Of a stretch of 64,000 nt of DNA, positions 1-9,672 are shown piece after piece (position 1 is the first letter of the stretch; each line of letters starts with the position of its first letter). Both the position numbers and the translations under genes were made by a program. The notes under the pieces were generated by a model, which had not been told where the DNA came from, made no database searches, and saw only the letters and a program-made list of their open reading frames with translations. Source of the DNA: Caecitellus pseudoparvulus (Eukaryota; Protista; Bigyra: Bicosoecida); the NCBI GenBank assembly GCA_965644315.1, contig CBFFRQ010000050.1:105541-169540 (forward strand), written 5' to 3'.

Positions 1-26
1 TTCCACCCCCCGAGCACAAGCGTGCG

Positions 27-3000
27 ATGAAAGATGCTTTGGCAAAGAAAACACCAGGAAAGTCTCCCCCTCCCTCGACCAAGACTGGCAGCGAAGGACA
101 ACCTTCGTCGGTGCCTGAAAACAGCCAAGCCAAATCAAGCCCCAGTACCGCAAGCGGGAACAAGCCAGCACCGGGTCCACGTCCAGGGGGTGCTGGGTCG
201 TCGAAGCCAGCACCGGGTCCACGTCCAGGGGGTGCTGGGCCGTCCAAGGCGGCACCGGGTCCACGTCCAGGGGGTGCTGGGTCGTCCAAGCCAGCACCGA
301 GTCCACGTCCAGGGGGTGCTGGGTCGTCCAAGCCAGCACCGGGTCCACGTCCAGGGGGTGCTGGGTCGTCGAAGGCGGCACCGGGTCCACGTCCAGGGGG
401 TGCTGGGCCGTCGAAGGCGGCACCGGGTCCACGTCCAGGGGGTGCTGGGCCGTCCAAGCCAGCACCGGGTCCACGTCCAGGGGGTGCTGGGTCGTCGAAG
501 GCGGCACCGGGTCCACGTCCAGGGGGTGCTGGGCCGTCCAAGCCAGCACCGGGTCCACGTCCAGGGGGTGCTGGGTCGTCAAAGCCAGCACCGGGTCCAC
601 GTCCAGGGGGTGCTGGGTCGTCCAAGCCAGCACCGGGTCCACGTCCAGGGGGTGCTGGGTCGTCCAAGCCAGCACCGGGTCCACGTCCAGGGGGTGCTGG
701 GTCGTCCAAGCCAGCACCGGGTCCACGTCCAGGGGGTGCTGGGTCGTCCAAGCCAGCACCGGGTCCACGTCCAGGGGGTGCTGGGTCGTCCAAGCCAGCA
801 CCGGGTCCACGTCCAGGGGGTGCTGGGCCGTCCAAGCCAGCACCGGGTCCACGTCCAGGGGGTGCTGGGCCGTCCAAGGCGGCACCGGGTCCACGTCCAG
901 GGGGTGCTGGGTCGTCCAAGCCAGCACCGGGTCCACGTCCAGGGGGTGCTGGGTCGTCCAAGCCAGCACCGGGTCCACGTCCAGGGGGTGCTGGGTCGTC
1001 CAAGCCAGCACCGGGTCCACGTCCAGGGGGTGCTGGGTCGTCCAAGCCAGCACCGGGTCCACGTCCAGGGGGTGCTGGGTCGTCCAAGCCAGCACCGGGT
1101 CCACGTCCAGGGGGTGCTGGGTCGTCCAAGCCAGCACCGGGTCCACGTCCAGGGGGTGCTGGGTCGTCCAAGCCAGCACCGGGTCCACGTCCAGGGGGTG
1201 CTGGGTCGTCCAAGCCAGCACCGGGTCCACGTCCAGGGGGTGCTGGGTCGTCCAAGCCAGCACCGGGTCCACGTCCAGGGGGTGCCGGGTCGTCCAAGCC
1301 AGCACCGGGTCCACGTCCAGGGGGTGCCGGGTCGTCCAAGCCAGCACCGGGTCCACGTCCAGGGGGTGCCGGGTCACCTGTGGCACAGCAGATGGGGGAC
1401 TCAGCGAATGCCGGTTCCGCACTTCCTGTCCACAGCCAGGCTGACATGCAGGCTTCCTCAGGCCCAGCGCAGCCCATGTCAGGACAAGGCCTACTTGCAG
1501 ATGCCAAGCGTCTCCCGACAGCTGGCAAGCAAGTTCGGGCTCTGCGTCCAGTGCTTCAAGATTCGGCACTTCAAACTCTACGCACGCGAGTTCAACTTGT
1601 TAGCGATTTTGTGCGGCAGCACCCCTCCAGTAGTTTGGTGCAAAGTCGAATCGGCCGTGGACCACATGTCCCGCGGGATGAGCTCGAAGCGATGAGCGCG
1701 TCGGGCAGGGCAGCAGCATTCATGGACTTAGTCAAGACTTCACAAGCCTTGGCCGCACACAGTAGCGACCTTGCAGATGCAATGCTGTGGTCGGGGGCGG
1801 AGGCAGGCGCCGTGGCAGGCGTCCACGATCGGCTGGAATGGTTGGTGCAGGCCCTTCGTCGCAAGAACGTAAAGGTTGCGGCAGGGTGCAGAGGAGATCC
1901 ACGGCGTTTGCTCGCGACAGTCGGTGGCGCCTTGCACGGCGGGCTGTCTTCGGGTGACTTGCATTGGATCAGACAGAGTGAGCGTTTGAGGAACTGCTTC
2001 ACGGACTCTGAACGCCGGTCCTTGTCCTACCTGACTTCCAAGCACGGTCACTGTGCTGTGGTGAACGTTTTGCTGGGCTTGGACCCCCGGGCGAGTGACG
2101 GGGACGAAGCAGCGCAGTTGGCGAGCGAAGCCACGTCCACCGGTAGCTCAACTCTTGGGCTGTCGGAGCTGCTGCGGGATTCACTGAAGTCATGGTTGCA
2201 TCTTGAAGCTGCGTATGCTTCTGCATTGCGGACAGACGCCGTGAATGTCGCCGCTGCTGCTGACCACGCGCGGGTTGAAGAAGTCCACCAAACGGAAGAG
2301 TGCCGGTTGGATTCCCATGCTCTTCAACTCGCTGGCACAGAGGTGACAAGCTCCGTGCCCATGTTGTGGGCAGACCTGCAGGAGAGTGGCGAGGAAGCCA
2401 CGGAAGCTGTTGCTGCGGCTGGGCGCGAAGTCGTGCGCTCCGTTCAAGCGCAGCTGTCAGCAGGGCGCGCAAAGCTGCAGAGCGACGTGGAGCGTGCCCA
2501 CCGCGCGGTTGCGTCTTTGCAGGCGCAGGTTGCGTCCAAGCGTGAGGAGGCGCGCTCGGTCGCTGCTTCAAGGGATGCGCTCGTGTCCGACTTTCAATCC
2601 TTGCAGAGTGCTGTTGCAGCCCAGGCCGAGTCTGAAGAAGTGTCAACCGCTGCTGTTCAAGAGGAGGTGCAGCGTCTCGAGATGATTGCATCCGGCGACG
2701 CCAGTCAGCGTCAGCATGTGCTGACCCTGGAGCGCCATGCGGCCCGAGTCGCAGCTGAGGCGGAGGCCTCCCGACATGGGTCGGCCGCCTTGAATGCTTT
2801 ACGGCGAGAGACAGACCGTCGGGTACTGCAGCTGCAGTCAGAGGCGGAAGGGGAGCGAGCTGATGAGACAGAGCGCATCGGAGCTGACATTTGCCGTGAG
2901 TTCGAAGGGGTCATGGCCGACATGGACAGGCGCAAGGCGGCGGCCGCTGCCAAGGCAGCGCGGCTGCGTGATGCAGTGACGCTGGTTTCGCACCAGTTGG

Positions 3001-4682
3001 CCGCCTTACAAGCGATTCTTCCCACAAAGCGTGGCTCGAAAAGTCCATCTCGCCGAGGTCAGGCAGGTGTCGCGTTCTCTGTGTCGGGTGCGGGCAAGGC
3101 TGACCGCTCCAAGTCGCTGTCAGCGAGCGAGGCTTTCAACCAGTCCACACCTGAAGAACGTGGTCACTTGGACAAGATGAAAGCGTGGGTGAGGCAGGAG
3201 TGGGGTCGACGGGATGCGACGAGCCAGTTTGCGCGGTCAGGGGCTGCCTCTGCGAAAGTTCCTGCCGCTACCCGTGCAGCTTTCCTGAAGGACGCCGTCT
3301 GGGCGGCACCGTATTCTCCTGAGCTGCACGCTGCATTTAAGAAACACGCAGCAGAGCTGGCGGCACACCGCAGGTTGGTGAACCCCTTACCGCATGAGCA
3401 GTACAGCGGTCGCGCTGCCGCATCACCGCTACGCGGCCCCCGTAGCATGCGACGAGGGGGTTCTGCGAGCCAGTCGCCGCAGGCGTTTTTCTCTCCCAGG
3501 GCAAGCGAGGTCAGCCAGACCTTGAAAGCCCACGGGTTCGCTGCAGCCGCCTCCGGGATGGACGAGCAGGCGTTGGCGGCGGCAGAGCGGGACCGTGCCC
3601 GCATCGCCCAACAAGTACACAGACGTGTGCAAGAAGGGGAGGCTGCCATCGCCGCAGAGGAAAGTGTGAGCGTGCGTGCGGCATGGGAGGAGGAGCAGGC
3701 AGCGGCAAAGCATCGTGACGGGCTCGCACGCCCGGGCCTGAAGCCGACACCTCAACAGCAGGGCCCGGAAACTAGCAGCAGTGCCGTGAACGAGCAGCTT
3801 ATTCGCATGCAAGAGCAACTGCAGGCTCTCACAGAAAGCAACAAACGCTTGCTTGCCGAGAGGGCGGCTAGCACGCCTGCGACGGGCTTCCAGGCCCGCG
3901 GCCTTGACAGCGTCTCCACCACTGGCTCTGAGGCAGGAAGGAGTGTGACACCTGAGCGGGCCCAGCCTTCTCAGGTGCAGTCCAGCTTGACTGGCGCGCC
4001 ATCACTGTACGACAGGTACAGCGCCGCTTCCAACCTCGGCGCGTCCCAAGCAAGCGGGTGGTCAGCAGGGGGGTCAAGCGCCCTCGTCATGAGCGCTGGG
4101 CGCGGGAGCCCCACGGAGAGCCACAGTGCCACACGGGAGCGTGTGCCGGCATACCGCGGCGGCAATGTGCAGGGCTTCCAGTGGGGCACAGGCGCGCACA
4201 CGGGCGCCGCGACGCACGCTGGGTCCCGTGCCGTCTACGCAGGCCAGCGCAGCGGCGGGGTAGCTGCCCCCAGCACCCCCCAGTCAAGCCCTCGCAGACA
4301 CCTCAGCCGCATGGTCTTGCCTTTCAGCGGTGGGGCGACCGACGACCTTCCGGTGCCGGTGGTGACTCGGCGCAGCCCAAAGTATGGTGCTTCACACACC
4401 CCAGAGGACTTCTCGCCTCGGCGGCGGCGGCCCAGTCGCCACGGCAGGGGGCCATCTGAGAGCAAAACCTCCGAAACCTCCGGCGCAGCGGGCAGCACAG
4501 CCTTGTGGATGGGGCTGACTGGCATGGGCCGCGGTTCTCCTCGCACACCGCAAAGCAGCAAGGCGGAGTCTAGGCGGGGTGCCGCAGATTCCCCCGCCCT
4601 AGGGGCCCTGGATATGTACCGCGCCCGCAGCATTCGGCCAGGCGGCCGCAGGGGCATTGGTGGGCGAAGCCGGGGAGTGTAG
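27..4682 (+). CDS. Large hypothetical protein with an N-terminal Pro/Gly 14-aa repeat tract, a central coiled coil and a low-complexity C-terminus (probably 5'-partial)
   Basis: 1551-aa ORF; the frame is also open from position 3 to the ATG, so the gene probably starts upstream of the window. Heptad-like E/A/Q/R-rich segment at ~2400-3000. Convergent with the next gene. Confidence 0.8.
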   Translation: MKDALAKKTPGKSPPPSTKTGSEGQPSSVPENSQAKSSPSTASGNKPAPGPRPGGAGSSKPAPGPRPGGAGPSKAAPGPRPGGAGSSKPAPSPRPGGAGSSKPAPGPRPGGAGSSKAAPGPRPGGAGPSKAAPGPRPGGAGPSKPAPGPRPGGAGSSKAAPGPRPGGAGPSKPAPGPRPGGAGSSKPAPGPRPGGAGSSKPAPGPRPGGAGSSKPAPGPRPGGAGSSKPAPGPRPGGAGSSKPAPGPRPGGAGSSKPAPGPRPGGAGPSKPAPGPRPGGAGPSKAAPGPRPGGAGSSKPAPGPRPGGAGSSKPAPGPRPGGAGSSKPAPGPRPGGAGSSKPAPGPRPGGAGSSKPAPGPRPGGAGSSKPAPGPRPGGAGSSKPAPGPRPGGAGSSKPAPGPRPGGAGSSKPAPGPRPGGAGSSKPAPGPRPGGAGSSKPAPGPRPGGAGSPVAQQMGDSANAGSALPVHSQADMQASSGPAQPMSGQGLLADAKRLPTAGKQVRALRPVLQDSALQTLRTRVQLVSDFVRQHPSSSLVQSRIGRGPHVPRDELEAMSASGRAAAFMDLVKTSQALAAHSSDLADAMLWSGAEAGAVAGVHDRLEWLVQALRRKNVKVAAGCRGDPRRLLATVGGALHGGLSSGDLHWIRQSERLRNCFTDSERRSLSYLTSKHGHCAVVNVLLGLDPRASDGDEAAQLASEATSTGSSTLGLSELLRDSLKSWLHLEAAYASALRTDAVNVAAAADHARVEEVHQTEECRLDSHALQLAGTEVTSSVPMLWADLQESGEEATEAVAAAGREVVRSVQAQLSAGRAKLQSDVERAHRAVASLQAQVASKREEARSVAASRDALVSDFQSLQSAVAAQAESEEVSTAAVQEEVQRLEMIASGDASQRQHVLTLERHAARVAAEAEASRHGSAALNALRRETDRRVLQLQSEAEGERADETERIGADICREFEGVMADMDRRKAAAAAKAARLRDAVTLVSHQLAALQAILPTKRGSKSPSRRGQAGVAFSVSGAGKADRSKSLSASEAFNQSTPEERGHLDKMKAWVRQEWGRRDATSQFARSGAASAKVPAATRAAFLKDAVWAAPYSPELHAAFKKHAAELAAHRRLVNPLPHEQYSGRAAASPLRGPRSMRRGGSASQSPQAFFSPRASEVSQTLKAHGFAAAASGMDEQALAAAERDRARIAQQVHRRVQEGEAAIAAEESVSVRAAWEEEQAAAKHRDGLARPGLKPTPQQQGPETSSSAVNEQLIRMQEQLQALTESNKRLLAERAASTPATGFQARGLDSVSTTGSEAGRSVTPERAQPSQVQSSLTGAPSLYDRYSAASNLGASQASGWSAGGSSALVMSAGRGSPTESHSATRERVPAYRGGNVQGFQWGTGAHTGAATHAGSRAVYAGQRSGGVAAPSTPQSSPRRHLSRMVLPFSGGATDDLPVPVVTRRSPKYGASHTPEDFSPRRRRPSRHGRGPSESKTSETSGAAGSTALWMGLTGMGRGSPRTPQSSKAESRRGAADSPALGALDMYRARSIRPGGRRGIGGRSRGV
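162..1375 (+). repeat. Coding minisatellite, 42-bp unit, ~29 copies, encoding KPAPGPRPGGAG(S/P)S
   Basis: Unit aagccagcaccgggtccacgtccagggggtgctgggtcgtcc is repeated head-to-tail with few substitutions (gcggca/ccagca, gggccg/gggtcg variants) and no spacers. Confidence 0.97.
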
Positions 4683-4718
4683 ACGTGAATGCAGTGCAAG
4701 ATGCCGGCGAAAGGCACT

Positions 4719-6157
4719 TCATTTCCGAGCAGAGGGCGGCAGCTCACTGCGAATGCGCTCGACGTCTTTCCTCAGCTTGTCGTGGTTGGCAAGCAGGCGA
4801 TCCAGCTCTGACTTGTGTGCGGCATACGCCTTGGCCTCACTTCGCGCTGCCTGCACAGTGGACGGCTTGCGGGGGCCTCCTGTGGGGCGGCCTTCAGCCA
4901 AGGCAACGATGTGGCTGTCCACAGACACGTCAGGTCGCTCTCTCCCCCCGGACCCTCCAGCAGACGCGAGCTTCTTGCGGTTGCGTTTCTTCACTTTCGC
5001 AGCATACTCCTTGGCCTTGTTCAGACCCTCAGCAGCCTTGGCGAGCTCTTCTGCCCTTGCTGCTGCCGCCGCCTCATCAGGGTCTGCGAGGGAAGCTGGG
5101 GCTTGTCCAGCCTTTGCCTTTCGTTGAGCAAGCAGGGCTGCGTTTTCCGCCGTCAGCGCTGCGCCGTACGCCTGCATACGCTTGCGGGCTTGGCGCTTGG
5201 CAACGACTTCGTCGCTCTCTGTATCACCTCCAAGGCGGCCAAGCTCCATATACTTTGAGTCGCCATATGCAGCTTTGTAGTCTGAGAGAGTCTTGGGCTT
5301 GTACTCTGTCGCCCGTGCCCTGCGTGAGAAGTACAGAGACGGCTCAGCGTCGGTGTCTGAGCCAGGGCGCTCCTCCTGTGCCTGCTGTGCAGCGGGGGGA
5401 GCTTTTCTGACCGGCCTGCTCCGTCTTTCCCCGCCAGAGTCCTGCTTGCGATGTGTGGCCCGCTGACCATATTTGGACCTGCGAACGGAAAGGCCCAATG
5501 TGGCTGCGCTGATCGGGTCACGTGCCGTTTCTCCACGAAACGCCAAGCCAGCGCTGGTTCGAGGCTGGGCACGCACGGAGACTGGGATGAGCCTGTTAAA
5601 TGGCCAGGGCGACGCGAGCGTTCCGAGTGGTGCGGGTGCCCCTGTCCATCATCCGCCTCCTTCGCTTCGTGACCCGTGCCACGCCCTTGGCCGTGCTTGG
5701 CTTGGGTTGGGGGAGAAGTTGCTGCAGAGGCTTCAGCTCTCGCCACCTCGACAGCATAGTCTTGGCTCGGAGAAAAGCCCTGAGGAGGCGGGGAAGTGTC
5801 TGCTGGCTTCCACCCGGCCTTGGCTCTCACTGGCGATTGGATGGGCGAGACTGCCCGGGGCCGGCTGCTGTGCGAGGTTTGGTGGGGCTGTGACGGCGAC
5901 ACCGAAGTTGCTGGGACTGCGACAAAGCCTTGCGCGGCCGCAGGGACGAAGCCCTGGGATGCAGAGCCAGGCTTGCCTTCAGACACGGTGGAGCGTTGGT
6001 GGGCGAGCTGGCGCAAGGCACCGACTCCCACGCGGGACGGAGGCGCTGAGCCACGGGAAGCAGTGCCGCTGCGACCGCTGGCTGGCGCGGACGCTTGCCG
6101 CAAAGATGCCAAATTCACAGGCATGGCAAAGGAAGATCGGTGTCCAACACGAGGCAA
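4719..6157 (-). CDS. JHY: JHY-like ciliary protein (C-terminal JHY domain), 2 exons
   Basis: YKPKTLSDY..LGRLG, AKEYAAKVKKRN and C-terminal LDRLLANHDKLRKDVERIR resemble the JHY C-terminal motifs (recalled, not searched). Intron 5576-5479 (GTGCGT...TTCGCAG, 98 nt) joins ORF 5153..6157 to ORF 4719..5576 in frame. Start is uncertain. Confidence 0.65.
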
Positions 6158-6270
6158 GGGGTTTCATCTGGAAGTCACCGCAAACCTTGTGTCTTCTCTT
6201 TTTGCTTGTCTGGCGGGTTTGTCGAGTGCTGAGAAAAACCGCTCCCATTGCGCGCTGGGAGGGTGAAGGT

Positions 6271-6533
6271 ATGCAGTACGTCTTGGAGCAGCTTGGGGCA
6301 TTCATGGCCTCCATGTTCACCTTCACGGTACAGGCTGAGCTGGACTTCATGGTGCGCGCAAGCCGGCTCAGGGCAGCAGCAGCGCTCCGCCAGCGGAAAT
6401 TGCCTGCCTCCGCCACTCTTTGCAGGGCAGTCTTGTGCAGCGGACGGACACACCAGAGGCGGCTGAGCCCGGGGCGACTGGAAGCAGCTACATTTCCGTG
6501 ATGGAGCCCCCTTCCTTTTCTGCAAAGCTCTGA
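6271..6533 (+). CDS. Predicted 62-aa spliced micro-protein ending in -SAKL (PTS1-like)
   Basis: ATG at 6271; exon 1 6271-6351; intron 6352-6425 (GTGCGC...CTTTGCAG, 74 nt); exon 2 6426-6533 ending in TGA. It fills the gap between two genes and ends 16 nt from the convergent stop. Confidence 0.5.
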
Positions 6534-6549
6534 GGTGAAACGTCTCCCC

Positions 6550-9405
6550 CTAGAACCACGACTGTGGAGCGCCGACTGCCGCAATTAGGGACTGGACCTG
6601 CTCTTCTGCCGCCTGCAAGCGGGCGGAGAGGGCGGAGGTCGCAGCTTCTGCCTCGACACAGTTGGCTTCCTGCAGTGTGAGCATGCCGCTCACGGCCTGC
6701 TGTACCACCTCAAGCTCGGCGTCGGTCAGCGAGAGCAAGCTATCCCTGCTTGCGAGGAGCAAGGCAGGCACTCCGTCCGCTGCAAAACCAGTGTTTGCGA
6801 GGCGGGTTGCTGCTGGCACTTTCCCGCGTTTGGCAGCCCTCGCTGTGAATGCTTCTGCAGCCCTTTCAAGGGCTTCACGGCACGCTGCAGCGTACCGCTC
6901 GCATGCGACGCCGATGCCTTCGCCAAGGGTTGCTTGCAGACCAAGTTCGCCGCCTCCCCGGCCTAAATCAAGATCCTGCGCTGCACCACTTTTTGCTGTG
7001 CTACCAGTCAGTAAGGAAGGGTCCAGCACGTCAGTGTGCAGGGCTGGGGGTGATTGGCAAATGTGCTGGATGGTGAGGGTGCTTCGTGGGGCGGCTTGCA
7101 CGCTGGCTGGCCAAGCGACACTGAGCATGGCATGGCAGCCAGGGCTGTCTTCAGCATCTGCTGCAGGATCAGCCATTTCACTGGTCTGTGCCTGTGACCA
7201 TGGGGTACGCGCTAGCGCCTGGTATGTGGCATCCAGCGGGTGTCTGTTTGTCGTGGACATGGAGCCATTGTGAACGAGGGCGACAGAGCCCCAGTACTCG
7301 CCAGGAGCTGAGTGGGAGCTGCCACCGGCGAGAAGTGAGGTAGCCTGGGTACTGCACCATGATTGGAATGCCTCTTCCTCATCCACCAGGGCGCAAGACT
7401 TTGGCACCGGGGCCCGGCTGCACAGTTTCAGCACCCACACACTGCCCAGCTCTAAGCACATTGACAGCGGAGTTTGAAGGTATGCGCCGCAAGCCCTAAG
7501 AGCATCAAGGCCAGGTGGTGTGAGGGCCACAATGAGCGTGGCCATGCGGCCCTCCACCGGCGATGTGTACTGCAGAGGAGGCGAGTCAGGGCAAGGAGTG
7601 GTGTGGATGCTTTGCTTGCCCGCAACGTGAGACAGGGCGAAACCGTGACGGTAGCAGGTGTGGACGGCCAAGGTTCCAGTCCATGGACGTGGATCTGACA
7701 GGTTGGGCTCACGCGAGGTGCGGGAGTGCAGTTGTGGGGTGTCGGTGGGTACTTTGCATGGGCTGTGGTGTGGACTTGACTCGGGCAGTGGAGTGCTGAC
7801 GGCCTCCCTTGGGCCCCCCTCAACCGCAGTTGGTGATCCAAGGAGGAAACCGACACCATCCATGACGACTTTCGCAGCGGAAGTCATCACATGCAGGACA
7901 GAAGGTGGTTCGGCCTCCAGCGGCGGCGGGACATGCGCCTGAGGGGCCGCCGCGGCAGCTGTGTCCCTCACGTCACTTCCCTCTCTGGCTGCAAGAGCAG
8001 CTCGTTCTTTTCGGAAGAGTGACCGGTAGAATTCATCCAGTGGGTGGTGCCACTGCGTCTCATGGCGAGCACTCTCATGCCAGTAGTATGCGGCTTGTGG
8101 ACGCTCTGCCAACTCGCGAGGCGACAGCGCACGTTCCCGCTCGGTCAAGTTCACCGCCACAGTTGCGCGGTGCCAGCCATCAGGGAGGGGGGCCAGCAGG
8201 GCCTCCTCTGCGATCCACATGAGCTGACTGTCCAATGGGGATGATGGGTCCATGCCGAGGTACAGGGCCATGTTCGCCACCTCGTCTGCGTCAGGATGGC
8301 TCTTCATGTATGCGCGAGCGAGTTCTTTCTGGGCGGCCCAAAAAGCCGCTACAGCGCGCTTCTCCGCTTGGGCAACTGAACTTGATGGAGTGCTTAATAG
8401 ACTGGCTTGCATCCTCGCAGTTTCTCTCGCTTTCTTAGCCCTGGCATCCACAAGGCGATGTGCTGAAGTGCGTGTGCCTCGACGTGGCCTGTCTGCTCGT
8501 TGCGCTCGGCGCGCCGTCAAAGCGCGAGGAAGGCTCTGTGCACTATCTAGCAGAGGTTGGCTTGCGAGTATCTTGTGCAGCGGCAGAGGGGGCACCGTCG
8601 GAGGTTGGCCGAGCTCGCCATCTGGAACGGAAGCCAGGCCAGGGTCAGGGCGCCGTGCGCCCTGACCTGTCCTTGCTGCATGCGAGCCGCTACGACCTGG
8701 TGGCACCGCTGACAAGGTGCGACTGAACGCCTCCCTTGCTAAGTTCTGTGGACTCAATTCATGGTGCTCAGGACTTGGTCCGGCAAAGGCGGCGGCGGCA
8801 AGCGCGACGCTGGGCAGCGGCCTGCCCAAGCCTTCTTGCTCTTCCTCCGATGAAGATGACGCGGAATCGCTCGTCAGAGTTCCAAGGGCCGAAGAGCTTT
8901 CTGACGAAGAAAGCTCGAAGCGCGTGCGCGCTTCGAACTTTGTCAACTCTCCGTCCGATTCTGGACGCTGCTGCGCAGCCTGTCCAGCGCTTGAGTGGCG
9001 CCTTGGTCCTCTTGCAGCGAGCGGAACCAGCTCTGGTGTGACCGGGGCATCAACGGGAGATCCACGATAAGGGGTGGCTGATGCACTGGTATCTGCGCTG
9101 CCAGGGTTGCTGGGGGGGAGTGGAGCCACCTGGCCTTGCGTTTCGCTTGGCGTAGCTTGCGCGTGGCGTTGAAAGGAGGGTGGTCCTCTACGCAGCGGTG
9201 GTCGGGCTGAGCCAGTTGTGTGGTGCTTGCCCGAGAACCCGTTGAAGGCAGCCAGTGCTCCACGCCGAGCGTGGCGCTTGCTGTCCCCGGCGCTATGAGC
9301 AGGCAGAACTCGCGTGGTGCCTGCCGAAACGCCCAAGTCACAAGGCTGTGCGGAAGGCTCTTCAAGAGCAGCACCTGGAAGTGGTACCCCTTGGATATTA
9401 GCCAT
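6550..9405 (-). CDS. CEP164-type WW-domain protein
   Basis: MALYLGMDP...LMWIAEEALLAPLPDGW...YYWH...TQWHHPLDEFYRSLFRKER matches the CEP164 N-terminal WW module. A second degenerate ..APVP...HPLDATY module lies downstream. First ATG (MANIQG) is at ~9405; in-frame introns are likely. Confidence 0.7.
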   Translation of the reverse strand: MANIQGVPLPGAALEEPSAQPCDLGVSAGTTRVLPAHSAGDSKRHARRGALAAFNGFSGKHHTTGSARPPLRRGPPSFQRHAQATPSETQGQVAPLPPSNPGSADTSASATPYRGSPVDAPVTPELVPLAARGPRRHSSAGQAAQQRPESDGELTKFEARTRFELSSSESSSALGTLTSDSASSSSEEEQEGLGRPLPSVALAAAAFAGPSPEHHELSPQNLAREAFSRTLSAVPPGRSGSHAARTGQGARRPDPGLASVPDGELGQPPTVPPLPLHKILASQPLLDSAQSLPRALTARRAQRADRPRRGTRTSAHRLVDARAKKARETARMQASLLSTPSSSVAQAEKRAVAAFWAAQKELARAYMKSHPDADEVANMALYLGMDPSSPLDSQLMWIAEEALLAPLPDGWHRATVAVNLTERERALSPRELAERPQAAYYWHESARHETQWHHPLDEFYRSLFRKERAALAAREGSDVRDTAAAAAPQAHVPPPLEAEPPSVLHVMTSAAKVVMDGVGFLLGSPTAVEGGPREAVSTPLPESSPHHSPCKVPTDTPQLHSRTSREPNLSDPRPWTGTLAVHTCYRHGFALSHVAGKQSIHTTPCPDSPPLQYTSPVEGRMATLIVALTPPGLDALRACGAYLQTPLSMCLELGSVWVLKLCSRAPVPKSCALVDEEEAFQSWCSTQATSLLAGGSSHSAPGEYWGSVALVHNGSMSTTNRHPLDATYQALARTPWSQAQTSEMADPAADAEDSPGCHAMLSVAWPASVQAAPRSTLTIQHICQSPPALHTDVLDPSLLTGSTAKSGAAQDLDLGRGGGELGLQATLGEGIGVACERYAAACREALERAAEAFTARAAKRGKVPAATRLANTGFAADGVPALLLASRDSLLSLTDAELEVVQQAVSGMLTLQEANCVEAEAATSALSARLQAAEEQVQSLIAAVGAPQSWF

Positions 9406-9672
9406 GGTCTCTGCCCTTCCTGGTTGTAGTTTCCTTGCTCTCCCGCTCTCGTGACCCGACAGCAGCTTCGGTGCTGGAGGTGTTCCCCGCACGCCAGAGG
9501 GAGAGGTCGAGCAAACTCCACAACTCCATGGTGAAGGCGGTGGAAGGGATGTGGAATGCGCCCAACACTGCGCCCAGGCACCCCAAGTTGTGAGCGAAGC
9601 GTACGCTCAGGGGGGTGTTTGAGAGATCTGTAACGTGGACTGTTGCAGCCTGTCTCCTTTCGAGCACATGCC

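Noticed and set aside
162-1375. CRISPR array
   Set aside because: Contiguous repeats without unique spacers, in frame in a eukaryotic CDS; no cas genes.
34-1695. 553-aa alternative-frame ORF (QHRVHVQGVLGRPS repeats)
   Set aside because: It is a by-product of a stop-free 42-bp repeat and ends soon after the array; no independent coding evidence.
1400-3000. Formin (FH1-FH2) call for the first gene
   Set aside because: A Pro-rich tract is present, but no recognisable FH2 motifs (LHW, GNxMN) follow it.
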